Shown piece after piece: positions 61,906 to 64,000 of a stretch of 64,000 nucleotides of DNA. A program made the position numbers and the translations under genes. The DNA comes from Chiloscyllium plagiosum. Its lineage: Eukaryota. The notes beneath the pieces are model-generated. The model did no database searches. It was not told where the DNA came from and saw only the letters and a list, made by a program, of their open reading frames with translations. Location: positions 7,974,084 through 8,038,083 of the forward strand of contig NC_057750.1 of NCBI RefSeq assembly GCF_004010195.1. Direction: 5' to 3'. How positions within the stretch are numbered: the first letter of the stretch is position 1; every line of letters starts with the position of its first letter.

Positions 61906-63394
61906 TGATATGCTTAGCTAGAGGTTAGAACCAATATTAAACATAGATTTGCAGGATCCTAAGCAAACTGGGAGATGAAATGGGGACAATAGAGATGGAA
62001 AGATGAAGTGCCATAGGGCACCAACATGGAAGGAAATATTCATGTCTGGGTGCAGAAAAAGACCTTTATCTGCTGAATGAGGAGGTAAGTGAATTATAAC
62101 AGGCATGCAAGAAAGGACAGCCTCTTCTCTACTATTTAATGTTTGTACAGTTCCTCAGGGAGCGGAATCTGCCACCCCTTTAATTGGAACAAAACAAAGA
62201 ACAGTGGATGCTGGAGATCTGAAACAAAAACAAATTTCTGGATAAACTCAGCAGGTATAGCAACATTTATGGGGAGAAAATAGAGTTAATGCTTCAAGTT
62301 CGGTGTTTCTTCAGCAATTTCTATCTTTGTTTCACTCCTCTGACTGGTCTGGCTAATCTATGACCCTAGCCCACACTGTGGTTTCTTTTGCCCTGAGATA
62401 TGAACCCTCAAGCTCTGCTTTTTGAGTTAGGTTTAAAACATGAATGCAGAAGGTGGTGCCTGAAATGATTCAACGTGGATTGTGTCAACAGAGCAGCTTA
62501 CAGGCGGCATCATAATATTCCTGTCCTTACTAAACACATCTACGTTTCAGCAAATTCAAAAGAGTGAATACAGGTTGATTTTCTTTTGCCCTCCCTAGCT
62601 GGGAGATGCTAAATTGAACTGAAGTGTCTCAATTCAAGTTACAGAAATGGTCTGCTAGAGGGGGATAAGATTCCAAAGGTCAGCACAACTCAGTGTCATA
62701 AAAGATGGTGCATTTTCCCACTGAACCAGAGGAGTGGTGGTGCTCCCTCACTTTTGATACTTGTTTAACAGATCACAGTGATATACAAAGCAGGTTATGT
62801 CCATCATTCCTGGCATTCATTCCCATCTGGAGCATTTCCTTTCGCTGAATCAGTTTCAGGGGTCTAAATGGCATTAATATTTCTTTCACGACTCATTAAT
62901 TGTCTGTCAATTCCAAGTCCCTGTCTTGGCATTAACCACGCTCCATCCCTCACTCTATTCTCTTCGCTCAGTCATATGTTAATGACAGATATGGAGTCTG
63001 TCAAAGCTCTATGTTGATTGGCTAAATGATCATGCATATGGAAAGGGACAGAAGTAAAAAAACCCCACCCAGGTCAAGAGTTGAAGGCAGTGGCAGTAAC
63101 AGGGAGTGACATAAGACAAATCCGTCTGTAAATCACCATACTTCTTGTTGGATGCAAAGCTGTCTTTGCAGAATTACTCATCATTAAATAGTAATTCAAA
63201 CTTGTAAAGGCATCTTCATACTGTCACAAACGTTCTGGTGCATATCATGATTAAACACGTAGATATTAAAGGCATTTTTTGAAGAGGTCTTTGGGAAAAA
63301 GTTTCATAACATGGGAACAGGCTGCCAAAACTGTCACTGGTAACAGAAGGTAGGAGGGAGTAGACTGATGAAGATCTGAGTGGGGAGGTAGAGA

Positions 63395-64000
63395 TTGGAG
63401 GTGATTGGCATTTCATTCCACACACGAACCACCCTGTGTGAAAAAGTTGTTGCTCAGGTCCCTTTTAAATCTATCTCCTCTCACCTTAAAATTCTGCTGT
63501 CTAGTTTTGAACTCCCCAACAGTACTCCCTTGGGATCTACCATTAAGTATATATCCTTCCCTTATTGGGCCTCCCAAAATGCATCAACTTGCATTTACTG
63601 GAATAAAGTTCCATCTGTCCTTGCTCTGCCCAATTTACCAGCTGACTAGTATCAGACTGTAGCCTGAGACCATCCTCCTCTCTGTCAACATCACCACTAA
63701 TTTTCATGTCATCTGCCAACTTACTAATTATGCTGTCTAGGTTTACAACCAAGTCATTAATGTACATATAACCAGCAAGGGTTTCAGCACTGAACCTTGT
63801 GGTCATAGGCTTCCAATTACAAAAACAACCCTCCACCATCACATTGTGCCTCCTTTTTGTAAGTCAATTTTGGATCCAGTTTCCTTAGCCTTGGATTCCA
63901 TGGGCTCTCAACTTTTGGACCAGCCTTCCATGTGGGACAACATCAAAGGTCTTACTGGAGTCTGTGAGAATCACATCAAATGCACTGCTCTCATTAATAT
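63395..64000 (-). mobile_element. CR1 LINE RT fragment
   Basis: ORF 63543..63842 (YINDL...ISKLADDMKI...LQSD...NWAE). Confidence 0.88.

Noticed and set aside
59499..64000. AP2S1 exons 1-2
   Set aside because: Looked for IRFILIQNR...KWY...TNFVE on the minus strand and did not find it; presumably beyond the window.

Overview
Eukaryotic, repeat-dense vertebrate DNA, almost certainly a cartilaginous fish. It carries HE1/V-SINEs, HER1/CR1 LINEs and a 69-bp shark-type satellite, and the (CTAAT)n SINE tails suggest a carpet shark (inference). There is one 714-N gap. The only protein gene I can support is AP2S1 (AP-2 sigma subunit) on the minus strand: its last three coding exons (59385-59498, 52916-52975, 50391-50492) and a probable ~1.6 kb 3' UTR, with exons 1-2 beyond the right edge. 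Most of the rest is decayed retroelements: CR1/HER1, Rex1/Babar, V-SINE, Deu-domain SINEs, solo LTRs and Tc1/pogo-type MITEs. The most striking hidden layer is a Penelope-like element (PLE) system: an RT fragment at 1-790, two PLE ORF C-termini, and about 15 short, often TSD-flanked and foldback elements. They fall into at least three sub-families that each carry a minimal type I hammerhead ribozyme motif (CTGAnGA-stem II-GAAA-palindromic stem III) with covarying stems. Other points of note: a four-layer transposon nest at 35.5-37.2 kb, a dense RFX/CArG/nuclear-receptor motif cluster at ~20 kb beside a cryptic 7-bp repeat, and a ~200-bp direct repeat flanking AP2S1 exon 3.
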